IMG/VR virus record: IMGVR_UViG_3300025101_000019
Location: 109,351 to 173,350 of that record
DNA: 64,000 bases
From: a virus
Direction: 5' to 3' (one strand)
A program made the translations under genes and the position numbers. Shown in pieces: positions 39,751 through 49,589 of this stretch; position 1 is the first letter of the stretch; every line of letters begins with the position of its first letter. The notes under the pieces were generated by a model that saw nothing but the letters and a program-made list of their open reading frames with translations, did no database searches and was not told the DNA's origin.

Positions 39751-39755
39751 ATAAT

Positions 39756-40145
39756 TTAGTTTACATTGACTATTCTAAATAAACTTGTATTTAATATTTT
39801 GTATCCATCACCATCTGTTAGAATCATAGAGTTTCTATAACTATCCCAATCAATTTTATATGTTTTATCCTCAACACCACCATTTAAGTCTACAATCAAT
39901 CTATTCAATGCGTTGATTGTGTAAATAGTGTTTGACTCTTTCTTACGATGTGCTAATATAGTACTTCCTAAGAATTTTCTTTCATTGTTTGGTATGATGT
40001 TATAACTAATCACTAATTCTTGTGATGGTTTTAATTTTAAAATAAATATCTTTCTACTATAAAGGATGAATGAGTCTTGAATAGTTTCTAAAACCGATTC
40101 AAATTCAGCTTCATTAGTAAATGTACATAATAATTGCGTTCTCAC
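39756..40145 (-). CDS. Conserved phage hypothetical protein
   Basis: LLCTF ... HRKKESNTIYTINALN; GTG start with AAGGG upstream. Confidence 0.7.
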   Translation of the reverse strand: MRTQLLCTFTNEAEFESVLETIQDSFILYSRKIFILKLKPSQELVISYNIIPNNERKFLGSTILAHRKKESNTIYTINALNRLIVDLNGGVEDKTYKIDWDSYRNSMILTDGDGYKILNTSLFRIVNVN

Positions 40146-40154
40146 CCATATCCC

Positions 40155-42248
40155 TTATTTTATCTTTAAAGCTGATTTAACTTTTCCTAATGGAAGTTCT
40201 TGTGTACCTTCAAAGTTGTAACTATATCTACCAGATGAATTAGTTCCCATTCTAAATTGGGAATATTTCATATCACCTGTTGTTTCATTTATACCTGTTA
40301 ATCCATATCCCGTCATTGTGAAATACTTACCATCTTTTGCGTTTGTTCTTAAAAAGAATACCGTTGTATCTGATAAGTCTTTTGACAACTTGTCTTGTAC
40401 AAATTTTTCAGAACCAGGAAATTGTTTATATGTAGTTCCTTTTCCATCTTTATCTACACCAAAGACTTTATATAAAGGTAATGTTGTTTTACCATATATC
40501 ATTTCTTTCTCTATCTCTATTAGTTGTGAGTATAACTTTTTTGCATCGCCAGATAAATCACCCAATATACTTTTAAGTACGATTGCTGATTGAAAGTTTG
40601 TCAATAACTTAGCAACAGTATCTTTTGATACAGGTGCAGTTAAAGAGAGTTTTTCATATCCGTTATAGTAAAATGCTGGATTTGATATAGCTGAACTATA
40701 CAATGCTTTTAGTTTAGTATCCACATTAGTTACTAATTTATCTAATACTTTTTGATTTGTTGCAATTTGTTCAAAAGAATCATATATAGATGGTTTCTTA
40801 GCTTCATTTAGAATACCTTCATGTAACCCTGCTCTTAGTAATTCTTTTTCTAATTTTTTAACTTCAGATTTTGGAGATTTTTTTAATCCCTTGAATATCT
40901 TTTTTGAGAATCCAAATAAGAATTTCCCTAATTGAGAAATTTTCTGTAATAAGTTAGAACCAATACCTTTTATAAAAGCAACACCCTTATTTAAAAAGTC
41001 TCTTAATCCCTCATTCAATTGAACTGACTCTAATGCCAAATTCTTAACATCCTCAGTACCCAATAACCCATACTTGTCTTTTAAGAATCCATATATTTTA
41101 CCTAATTGAGCTCCACCTTCTGCTTTTTTGAGTGATACTTGTATAAACTTAATACTTGTACCAGTTATTGTACAAACACCCTTTTTATCATATTCAACAG
41201 GTAACCCTTCACCTAACTTAGATATAAGTTCAGACGATGGGACATTGGATATAACACAATCAGCAGTATTATCTTTTACACCATCTACTAATTCAGAACG
41301 CTCAGTAGCTTGATAATATCCTTTTATATTTTTATGAGTTATAAATGCACCTTTAAATTTCATATCATCTGTAAACTTGGTCATACCTGCCATTAATTGT
41401 GCTATCAAGAAATAATCACCGAGTGGCATCGTATCTAATTTAGATAAAATCTCATTAGGTTTTGCGTATTCTCCACTACTCCCCAATGCTTTTACAAATT
41501 TCTGTTTTACATCGTTAGTAACTTTTGGTAAAGTTTCTTCGGTAGCTGCATTTAATTGTTTAAGTATACTGAAACCATTTACATATGTTCCCATACATTG
41601 TGCAGTTTCCATCGTTTCTGTATCAAAGTTTACATCAGTTGGTTTAGAACCTTTTCTCATTTTACCAAATAAAGACTGAATGTTTCCATTACTTGCGGTA
41701 ATTATATAATTTTTACCAGTATCTTCAGCGGATACATATACAGTTTGACCATTATTTATTTTTACTTGAACACCATCTTCAGTAGGTGCTATTTTAGTAA
41801 AAGGTCCTTTAGGTACTTTTTCACCTTTTGGTAATCCCATTTGTAATAAATCTGCCGTATTTTTAAGTGGTATGAATTTATCACCTATTGCATATTTGTT
41901 GTCATATATGGAAGCTTCACTAAGGAGTTGTCCTAATTGAATTAGTATATTTTCTTTTACTTTTTCTTTATCCTTTAACTTGTCTTTTTCAATCTGAGTC
42001 AACATTCCAAATTTGTCAATGTCTTTTTCTTCACCAGAGTCAGGTCTTTCTTCTTCTGGCTCTTCTTCATTACCTTTATCAAACTCTTGAATTAGAATAT
42101 CAGCGTTTGCTTCACCAACCTCATCTATAAGATGATAATAAAAAGATTTTAAGAATTCTTCAGTATAAATACCTTCAGTAAGTTTAGTGTCTATATCAGA
42201 CCAAACCTTCCGTAATATTCTATCTACTATGTTTTGGGATTTCTTCAT
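40155..42248 (-). CDS. Large late protein, possibly capsid-internal, with nuclease-like motif
   Basis: Late motif at 42252; several (I/L)xE-G/A sites; TAD....VSLK segment. Confidence 0.5.
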   Translation of the reverse strand: MKKSQNIVDRILRKVWSDIDTKLTEGIYTEEFLKSFYYHLIDEVGEANADILIQEFDKGNEEEPEEERPDSGEEKDIDKFGMLTQIEKDKLKDKEKVKENILIQLGQLLSEASIYDNKYAIGDKFIPLKNTADLLQMGLPKGEKVPKGPFTKIAPTEDGVQVKINNGQTVYVSAEDTGKNYIITASNGNIQSLFGKMRKGSKPTDVNFDTETMETAQCMGTYVNGFSILKQLNAATEETLPKVTNDVKQKFVKALGSSGEYAKPNEILSKLDTMPLGDYFLIAQLMAGMTKFTDDMKFKGAFITHKNIKGYYQATERSELVDGVKDNTADCVISNVPSSELISKLGEGLPVEYDKKGVCTITGTSIKFIQVSLKKAEGGAQLGKIYGFLKDKYGLLGTEDVKNLALESVQLNEGLRDFLNKGVAFIKGIGSNLLQKISQLGKFLFGFSKKIFKGLKKSPKSEVKKLEKELLRAGLHEGILNEAKKPSIYDSFEQIATNQKVLDKLVTNVDTKLKALYSSAISNPAFYYNGYEKLSLTAPVSKDTVAKLLTNFQSAIVLKSILGDLSGDAKKLYSQLIEIEKEMIYGKTTLPLYKVFGVDKDGKGTTYKQFPGSEKFVQDKLSKDLSDTTVFFLRTNAKDGKYFTMTGYGLTGINETTGDMKYSQFRMGTNSSGRYSYNFEGTQELPLGKVKSALKIK

Positions 42249-42260
42249 AACTATAAATAC

Positions 42261-43487
42261 CTAAATATCGGTCTTAACCATATTATCATAATTGTTTCCA
42301 ATTTCTATCTCGACAGGGAATCCATCTTTTTCCATTATTGATTTAACTTCCCTAATGTAATTCTCTTCGTTTGCGTCAACATCGAACAGAATCGAGTCGT
42401 ATGTATATAATATAGGTACTGACTTTTGATTCAAATTGATTTTTGACAATTTATCTAATATAAATATGTTTCTTTCTGTTTCAAGCGCTTGTAAAACATA
42501 ATTAAATAATTTATTTTTATTTAGATTCTCATCAAATTTAATTTTTCTTTGTAAAATAGGTGTAACCACTTCACGATTTCGTAAGAAATCTAACCATAGT
42601 GAGTTTATGTAATCTGATGTTTTTTTGAAAAATGGTATGTGATAGTATTCATCTTCCACCCCACCATATAGTTGTCTAAATGTGATTGCCTTTGCTTGAC
42701 TAATATCTTTTCCATATTGATTTGCCAACCACCCATGTGCTTTCTTATCTAACGGAATATCTATGCCAATTAGTTTTGATATAAGTCGAATATGATATCC
42801 ATCGAAATCTAATTGGCACAATTTACCATTTTCGAATCGTGAAATAAATCTACTACGAGTACCATCATTTTTCTTAAGTGCTGCGTAATTTACTCCACCA
42901 AATGTATTGGATGGTCGTGATGTTGTAGTAAGTGTATTATATTGAGTATGTTCAAGTGTATCTAAATCCGTATAAAGTCCATTCTTCTCAACCCATTGTA
43001 ATGCTTTCGCATATAGTTGTGAGAATTTAGAAATTTTTGAGTCGACAAAAAGTTTCTTCCAATCTTCGAATTGTTCGTAGTGTTTCCATATAGGAATAAG
43101 GTCATTTGCTTTAGGTGCCTGTCGTCTTCTGAATATAGTGTAGATGGGTTTCTCTTGTACATCGAATGGTTTAGCTTGCCAAAAGAGTGACATTTCTAAA
43201 TCATACATATTGGGTAAGAAATCATAGTGATATAGAAAATCTTTCATTCCTACTATGTAAACTTCTTTAAAGTTGTGAAACTCTACCTTTTCGTCTATTT
43301 TACTTGCGTCTATGTTGTTGTAATTAACAAATAGGTCTAATGTACCATCTGATATGATTAGTGCGGATACTCGTGTCTTTATAGGGTGTTTATCTAAACT
43401 CGTAAGTATAGGGTACACCAATATCCTTTCCCGATAGAGTTGGGATATATGTTTCTTAAGTTGTTTGTTGCTATCTACAATTTTCAT
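42261..43487 (-). CDS. Compact family A DNA polymerase-like protein
   Basis: TTTSRPS, R.RFI, motif A DFDGYHIRL, motif B AK..TFRQLYG, NYVLQ, motif C YTYDS. Confidence 0.8.
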   Translation of the reverse strand: MKIVDSNKQLKKHISQLYRERILVYPILTSLDKHPIKTRVSALIISDGTLDLFVNYNNIDASKIDEKVEFHNFKEVYIVGMKDFLYHYDFLPNMYDLEMSLFWQAKPFDVQEKPIYTIFRRRQAPKANDLIPIWKHYEQFEDWKKLFVDSKISKFSQLYAKALQWVEKNGLYTDLDTLEHTQYNTLTTTSRPSNTFGGVNYAALKKNDGTRSRFISRFENGKLCQLDFDGYHIRLISKLIGIDIPLDKKAHGWLANQYGKDISQAKAITFRQLYGGVEDEYYHIPFFKKTSDYINSLWLDFLRNREVVTPILQRKIKFDENLNKNKLFNYVLQALETERNIFILDKLSKINLNQKSVPILYTYDSILFDVDANEENYIREVKSIMEKDGFPVEIEIGNNYDNMVKTDI

Positions 43488-43493
43488 CCGTAA

Positions 43494-43525
43494 CTAATAT
43501 ACGAAACTTTTATGAATTATCCAAA
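43494..43525 (-). promoter_or_regulatory. Bacteroidota sigma70-type promoter for PolA-like gene
   Basis: TTTG-N20-TATATTAG. Confidence 0.75.
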
Positions 43526-43861
43526 TTAATATCCGATAAACTCTAAGTCAATATCACTTACCAATCCTTTTTCAGCATAGTAAGGATACTCTTCGTTTAA
43601 CCAATAGTTTTGAACATTATCAAGTTCGTTTATAACTTCTTGGTATAATTCTGAAGTATCATCATCACTTCCGTATGATGCTCCCCATTGGATTCCACCA
43701 CAAAGTTGTATCAGTTCATTGAGTTTATCCCAATTATTTTTATTGTTCTTAATACTAAGTAATATCTCAGCTTTCATCAATTCTGCTACTTTCTCATTGT
43801 GGTCATACATTTCTTTTGACCATGGTTTTGTGATTTCAATTCCGTATTTCATATTTTTCAT
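43526..43861 (-). CDS. Hypothetical protein
   Basis: ORF in early operon. Confidence 0.6.
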   Translation of the reverse strand: MKNMKYGIEITKPWSKEMYDHNEKVAELMKAEILLSIKNNKNNWDKLNELIQLCGGIQWGASYGSDDDTSELYQEVINELDNVQNYWLNEEYPYYAEKGLVSDIDLEFIGY

Positions 43862-43862
43862 T

Positions 43863-44081
43863 TTATTTATACATTATTACTACTGACCCAAACTTGTCAT
43901 CAAACACTTTGATTAGATTATCATAATCACCACTTGTCATTTCTTTCATTAGTGGTTCAAATGGAACACCCACTTGTTTACAAAGGTTTTTTGCAACTCC
44001 TAATATGTAATATGCATTACCTTGAGGACCTGTCAAGTCTATTTCAATTTTTCCGTTACTTTTTGGTTTTGATTTTATCAT
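43863..44081 (-). CDS. Conserved phage hypothetical protein
   Basis: IDLTGPQGNA..LG, M.SGDY; first gene after promoter 44101. Confidence 0.7.
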   Translation of the reverse strand: MIKSKPKSNGKIEIDLTGPQGNAYYILGVAKNLCKQVGVPFEPLMKEMTSGDYDNLIKVFDDKFGSVVIMYK

Positions 44082-44100
44082 ATCTCTTAATCTTACACTA

Positions 44101-44132
44101 CTAATATAGTGATAATATTTGAGACTACCAAA
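44101..44132 (-). promoter_or_regulatory. Bacteroidota sigma70-type promoter
   Basis: TTTG-N20-TATATTAG. Confidence 0.72.
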
Positions 44133-44152
44133 CTTTTAATGTTAAATAATTG

Positions 44153-44731
44153 TTAAATTTTTGCACCTTGTTGTAAGTTGGTAAGATATCGTTCAAGGCC
44201 TAAAAATACATTCTGATACAACATAATTGTTCTTTTATTGGTATCAATAATACCTTTTTCTTCTGGTGTATCATTTAAAGGTCCAGCAATTTTCCATTTT
44301 AATTCGAGTTTCTGATAGTATACACTCTCTAACTCACCAAACCCATCTTCACTTACTTCATTAATAATGGTACTTCCCTTTCTTTTGTAAAAATACCTTG
44401 TTGCAAAAGAATTGTCATAATCTTCTTGAGTTGGTTGAAACAAATGAGGGTCAGGTACTACAAGATTTTGTTCATAATCTTCAACTAACTCTTTTAATAC
44501 ATTATATTGAAAAGTATTTTTCGCAAGTTGTTCGTTCAATCTATAAAGTGGTACTAATTTTACAGATACATCTTTTACATATACTGGCTGAGTATATATT
44601 TCTCCTGTGTTGGTATATTTGTGATATTGCCCAACCCATTCGTCACCATCATCAGTCATCCATTCACCACCCTCGGTGTATAGACCCTTTTGGATACTTC
44701 CTTCTGGATAATATATTCTTCGTCTTCCCAT
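44153..44731 (-). CDS. Tail/baseplate-associated hypothetical protein
   Basis: Coupled to baseplate operon. Confidence 0.55.
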   Translation of the reverse strand: MGRRRIYYPEGSIQKGLYTEGGEWMTDDGDEWVGQYHKYTNTGEIYTQPVYVKDVSVKLVPLYRLNEQLAKNTFQYNVLKELVEDYEQNLVVPDPHLFQPTQEDYDNSFATRYFYKRKGSTIINEVSEDGFGELESVYYQKLELKWKIAGPLNDTPEEKGIIDTNKRTIMLYQNVFLGLERYLTNLQQGAKI

Positions 44732-46488
44732 TATACATCAATCATCATTAGGCCAGATATTTTAGTAGACCAATCACCACCATTAAATTCTTGACCAATT
44801 TTTGTTACTATAAAATATGCTTTATCTCTTATTCTCGTTGGTAATCTATCAACGCTAAAACAATCTCCATATTTTGGTTCATTGTAACCATCAACAGTAA
44901 GTTCACATTCTAACCCATAACTAATGTTTGGGTTATATTTTTTATTGTTATTTTTTACATATGCTTTCAATGCTTGTTTTGCACCTGTAATATCATCTTC
45001 ACTAATATTATCCCCAAGTGATTCAATTGCTTTTGCTAAATCTCCTTCGAAATCATTAGCATTTTCTCCAACAGAACCTGGATAACAACCCGCAAAAACT
45101 GCATCTAATTGTGGTGAACCCTCACCATCCATAGCTGCTGCAGTTGCTAACGCAATTAGGTCTGAGTCTAAATTAGATGTAAGACTGCAATCTCTAACAC
45201 CATCTCCAAAACCTTTTACTAATTTAATCATTGTTGGAGTTGCTTGTTTTTTAGCTGCAGTACCCTTATTTAAAATTAGAAATTTACCTTTTTCAGACTC
45301 AGGCGAATCTGGGTCATTGTATAAAAATAATGTAAGATATCCACCTGAGTTTTCATTTATTTTATTAAATATTTTTTTTAAGAACATAGATGTTGCTACC
45401 CTACTTGGAGAATCTTGTTTTCCTGGTGGATTTTTTAGTTCTTTCATTGTGGTTTGCATAAACCCAATTTGAACCCAAATACCTGCCAATGGATTACTAC
45501 CTTTTGTTAAAGCGCTATAATCTGCATTAGGACCATACTTCGATGCCCAACCAAATATCATTTCTAATGGATTTGCTGATGCTATTTTTGAATCATTTGA
45601 TGTTTTTATTTTTATTTGAGAATAATCAAACTTTTGAGCTGCAGTACCGGCAACACTTTTAGAATTTTTATTAACATAGTCAATAAACTCATCTAATCTT
45701 ACATATGGTAAAACATTATCTGTTGCACTATTAAAGAACGATGACCATCCCGTATTTACCATTTGGTGATTAACCAATCCAATTTTAGGTTTACCTGCAC
45801 CACCACTTCTAACTTGAGCTTTACCCTCTGCAGGTTTACCCGTTAGTTTTGATGAGATTCCAACAAGGTTTGTTATTAAGTCGGTTGATGGGACTTCTTT
45901 ACCAGACTCAGGGTCTTTAACTGTTTCTTTACCCACATCTTTTAAAGTCATGTAGTCAACATCTAAAACACCATCTGCTGCTCCTGCTACTTTTAAACTA
46001 ACATCGTAACTTAAATCAGAGTTAATAGTGAAATTAAATCCTGTGATTTCACCTGTTACTGTTTTTGCCGTTCCACCAACCCATCCTATCGTAACCTTTA
46101 CTCGTTGTCTTGGTGTCATAAAGTTTTTTTCGATATGGTTAAAATGAGCTCGACTATAAACTTTACAATTACAACTTGCTTCAAATAACATTGCGTCTGA
46201 TATATCTTGCCCACCATCGTTATTTATAGAAATACTTTCTAATACAGGAAAAGGTGTTAATCTACCACTATCATCTGTAAGCAAGTCTGCGTGTGTAGCA
46301 TCATTAGTAATACTTTCTATTGACTTAAATGAATTGGAAGAACATTTAACAATTCCACCACTTGCAAGTGTAATTTTTCCATAAGCTCTACTGTGAAGTC
46401 CTACTCCTGAGACACCGATACTACTTACATCACTTGACATTTGCTGTGTTGGCTTTGGTAAAGCTCTTGCACCTAATTGAAAACTCAT
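44731..46488 (-). CDS. Putative baseplate hub protein (gp27/late-control-D-like)
   Basis: C-terminal ELTVDG..YGD.F..LP..FIVTKI.QEF..WSTKI pattern; synteny. Confidence 0.55.
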   Translation of the reverse strand: MSFQLGARALPKPTQQMSSDVSSIGVSGVGLHSRAYGKITLASGGIVKCSSNSFKSIESITNDATHADLLTDDSGRLTPFPVLESISINNDGGQDISDAMLFEASCNCKVYSRAHFNHIEKNFMTPRQRVKVTIGWVGGTAKTVTGEITGFNFTINSDLSYDVSLKVAGAADGVLDVDYMTLKDVGKETVKDPESGKEVPSTDLITNLVGISSKLTGKPAEGKAQVRSGGAGKPKIGLVNHQMVNTGWSSFFNSATDNVLPYVRLDEFIDYVNKNSKSVAGTAAQKFDYSQIKIKTSNDSKIASANPLEMIFGWASKYGPNADYSALTKGSNPLAGIWVQIGFMQTTMKELKNPPGKQDSPSRVATSMFLKKIFNKINENSGGYLTLFLYNDPDSPESEKGKFLILNKGTAAKKQATPTMIKLVKGFGDGVRDCSLTSNLDSDLIALATAAAMDGEGSPQLDAVFAGCYPGSVGENANDFEGDLAKAIESLGDNISEDDITGAKQALKAYVKNNNKKYNPNISYGLECELTVDGYNEPKYGDCFSVDRLPTRIRDKAYFIVTKIGQEFNGGDWSTKISGLMMIDV

Positions 46489-46491
46489 AAC

Positions 46492-46797
46492 TTAATCTTC
46501 TTTTTTATTTAACGCATCATACTCATTTATAAACTTTAGTGTATCGTTAGGAATTCTTAATTGTATTCCAACTTCTGGAAACAAAGTACCTTTTCCTATA
46601 TTATTAGCTCTGGCTATAATCCACCACAATGTAGGGTCTGAATAATATTCCCATGCTAAATTATCTAACCTATCACCTTCTTTTGTTATAATGTAAGTAT
46701 CATTAATTTCAGGATTTATTATAGGATATACTAATGTAGTAGAGTACTTTCGTTCACCCTCTTTTTTAATTACTGGTATGTTATCGTATCTTTTCAT
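46492..46797 (-). CDS. LysM-like baseplate protein (gp53/tail X-like)
   Basis: GDRLDNLAWEYY.DP.LWWIIA.AN..G..LRIP. Confidence 0.85.
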   Translation of the reverse strand: MKRYDNIPVIKKEGERKYSTTLVYPIINPEINDTYIITKEGDRLDNLAWEYYSDPTLWWIIARANNIGKGTLFPEVGIQLRIPNDTLKFINEYDALNKKED

Positions 46798-46799
46798 AT

Positions 46800-49589
46800 T
46801 TAACTCGCACCTTGAATTCTAAAATCACTACTAAAAACAAATACCTCACCACTATCATATTCGTGTATATTATTTCCAAGTACAGTAGCACCTACCGCAA
46901 CATCAATACCCATTGGTAATCCAAAATCTACATCCCATGCAACCTCGTCTGAGTATGTATATGATAATGATGTTAATATCATTGGTGTTTCTACATACAA
47001 CTTACCAACTGTTAGTTTTAATTCTTTGTTCGTTTTACTACCCGGCGCAGTATATCCGTTTCCTGTATAATTTGGCATTGTATAAGTTGCTAATCGTTCT
47101 AACTTAGTCCACAATGGTTGCATCTCAACTCTTGATGTTGGGTATACTTTAAAATTAAATGATATGTCTCGTTTAAATGACTCATAAACATATACAGGTT
47201 CTGCTCTACCACTATATTTTATTTCAGTATAAGTTGGTGAGAAGTTCTCTGCTAACCCCGTTACAGTTCCTCTAAATTGTAGATTACTCTTTTCAGTACC
47301 TAATCTGAAAACTAAATTAACTAAGTCTGATTGGATTTCATCACCAATTTTTGATGCTTGTATTTTATCGTAATGCGATGACCAATTAGTAAGCTTTGTG
47401 GTATCATATTTCATTTCCTTTTGACCAGTTCTAGCCGAACCATCTGTATAGACAGGTTTACCTGGACTTGGGAACTTAAATATTGTTTCTATATTTTCTT
47501 TGTCATACTCTTTTGATTCTACATTACCCCTTGAACCACCTTTTAACTTTTTCCTAAAATCAGTTGGCGATACAGGTGTAGCTCCAAGCTGCGCTCTTTC
47601 ATCTGCCATATCCATTAACTTACCATGAGAAATCATCATATAATCCCCAATGTCAACAATATCTGGCCCTACTAATCCATCTGATTCAACAAGATTTGGT
47701 TTGTTATCTTCATTGAACTTTTGTATTTTACCTAATTGTTCTACTACACCATATTTCTTAAGGTCTTCTGGGTCAGTTGGTATAGATTTAAAATATGTTT
47801 CTTCAGTTTCTTCATTTTTTTCTTTAAAAAAGAACTTTTGAGTGTAATCAGATAGACCTGTAATTTTATTACCAGTTGCGATTGCACCTAATCCTTTTAT
47901 AAATGAATTTGTATATCTTTTTACAACAGTCTGACCAATACCATATAAGGAATCAGTACCACCACTAAATGTTTTTAAGTCACTACCAATTTCAATCGTA
48001 CCAAAACTATCATATAACGAAATTAGATTATTTTTTGGTTTTTGAAGATTACCTTCGGTGACACCACCTATTTTTGTGTATTTTCCTAGCGTATCTAATC
48101 CAAGGATACCACTTCTATCAGGTTTAAATCCTATTTGTTGACCACCTATCGCAGCTAAGAAGTTTGCAGGAGTCCAAATTTTATTATATGTGTTACTTCT
48201 CTGATTTCCAATTTGTGTTGCAGACCATAGTAAACCTTTTACTGATAAAAAGAATGAACCCATCCTTACTAAGTCTATTGCAGCTCTTTCAGTTGAAGCA
48301 ACTGCCCCACCACGAATTAAACCATCATCAATTGGGAATCCAAATCCCCAACTTTGAGGTTCACCTTTTTTCTTTCGTTGTATACCTCTTAAAACATATG
48401 GTTGAGGTATTAAACTAAATTTATTTGCTTCTGGGTCTTGAAGATTGAATTTAGAGTACATTTCGTCTAAGAAAGATGGTGATTGTCTTTGTTGTAATAA
48501 ATCACCAATACTTGTATATGAATCTATGTATCTATCACCATCTGGTGAGTATCTTTGTGTATCACCAATTGCTTTTCCTACCTTATATTGACCATATCCG
48601 GCTTGAAATGATATTCCAGGACTTTGTTGACTAAAATTACTTAATAATGACGATGCGTTATCAAATTGAGTATCATTTATACCTGTAAATTTAGTATCAT
48701 CTTTGGTTCTCATAAATGGTGAGAATCCAACTGCTTTATCATCGGTAAAGAAATTAACCTGTTGTCCTACTTCAAGTCCTTGACCTTCTAAGTTACCATT
48801 GAAAGTAAAATCATTAGGTGTCGTTTCACCTTTAAATTTATCACCTTGTCCTGCAACTGGTGGAGTCGTTTCACCTAAAAATGATTCACCAGTTTGTTTT
48901 AACATTTCGTTAGGTGTCGTTTCACCTAAAAACTTAGAACTTCTATCTGATTCATTGGGTGTCGTTTCACCTAAAAACTTTGAAGACCTATCTGATTCAT
49001 TGGGTGTTGTTTCACCTAAAAACTTAGAACTTCTATCTGATTCGTTAGGAGTTGTTTCACCTAAAAACTTAGAACTTCTATCTGATTCGTTAGGAGTTGT
49101 CTCACCTAAGAAGTTTTGTGCAAATTTAAACTCTTTAGGAGTTGTCTCACCTAAAAACTTTTGTGTAAACTTAAACTCTTTTGCTTCAGTCTCACCTTTA
49201 AACTTTTCTGTCTGATTTGCAAGTGTAGGGTTTGTTTCACCTTTAAACTTTTCTGTCTGATTTGCAAGTGTAGGGTTTGTTTCACCTTTGAACTTTTCTG
49301 TCTGATTAACAAGTGTTGGGTCGGTTTGTCCTTTGAACTTATCACCTTGAGTTACTTCATTTGCTTCAGTCTCACCCTTGAACTTATCACCTTGTGTTAC
49401 TTTATTCTGAGAAGTACCTACTTTTTCAGGAGTTTGTCTTGAATATTGTACATCATTTTTTGTTTTGATTTTATCAGTTAATGGTACAGTATTAAACGCA
49501 GAAGGTTCTATTCTTGTTTTTACTTCAAGAGGTTCACTTTTTGGCTTTCTGTAATCACCAAGATTTGATTTTAAGTCTTTTAATGACAT
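46800..49589 (-). CDS. Baseplate/tail-tube initiator-like protein with N-terminal 15-aa repeats
   Basis: C-terminal YSGRAEPVYVY..RDISFNF tube-initiator-like domain; follows tape measure. Confidence 0.6.
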   Translation of the reverse strand: MSLKDLKSNLGDYRKPKSEPLEVKTRIEPSAFNTVPLTDKIKTKNDVQYSRQTPEKVGTSQNKVTQGDKFKGETEANEVTQGDKFKGQTDPTLVNQTEKFKGETNPTLANQTEKFKGETNPTLANQTEKFKGETEAKEFKFTQKFLGETTPKEFKFAQNFLGETTPNESDRSSKFLGETTPNESDRSSKFLGETTPNESDRSSKFLGETTPNESDRSSKFLGETTPNEMLKQTGESFLGETTPPVAGQGDKFKGETTPNDFTFNGNLEGQGLEVGQQVNFFTDDKAVGFSPFMRTKDDTKFTGINDTQFDNASSLLSNFSQQSPGISFQAGYGQYKVGKAIGDTQRYSPDGDRYIDSYTSIGDLLQQRQSPSFLDEMYSKFNLQDPEANKFSLIPQPYVLRGIQRKKKGEPQSWGFGFPIDDGLIRGGAVASTERAAIDLVRMGSFFLSVKGLLWSATQIGNQRSNTYNKIWTPANFLAAIGGQQIGFKPDRSGILGLDTLGKYTKIGGVTEGNLQKPKNNLISLYDSFGTIEIGSDLKTFSGGTDSLYGIGQTVVKRYTNSFIKGLGAIATGNKITGLSDYTQKFFFKEKNEETEETYFKSIPTDPEDLKKYGVVEQLGKIQKFNEDNKPNLVESDGLVGPDIVDIGDYMMISHGKLMDMADERAQLGATPVSPTDFRKKLKGGSRGNVESKEYDKENIETIFKFPSPGKPVYTDGSARTGQKEMKYDTTKLTNWSSHYDKIQASKIGDEIQSDLVNLVFRLGTEKSNLQFRGTVTGLAENFSPTYTEIKYSGRAEPVYVYESFKRDISFNFKVYPTSRVEMQPLWTKLERLATYTMPNYTGNGYTAPGSKTNKELKLTVGKLYVETPMILTSLSYTYSDEVAWDVDFGLPMGIDVAVGATVLGNNIHEYDSGEVFVFSSDFRIQGAS
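48808..49394 (-). repeat. Coding tandem repeat, ~45 bp unit x13 (F[KL]G[EQ]T core)
   Basis: Units such as KFLGETTPNESDRSS (x4) and QTEKFKGETNPTLAN (x2); ends approximate. Confidence 0.92.

Noticed and set aside
48808-49394. Regularly spaced repeats resembling a CRISPR array
   Set aside because: In-frame coding repeats with synonymous variation and repeated spacers; no cas operon
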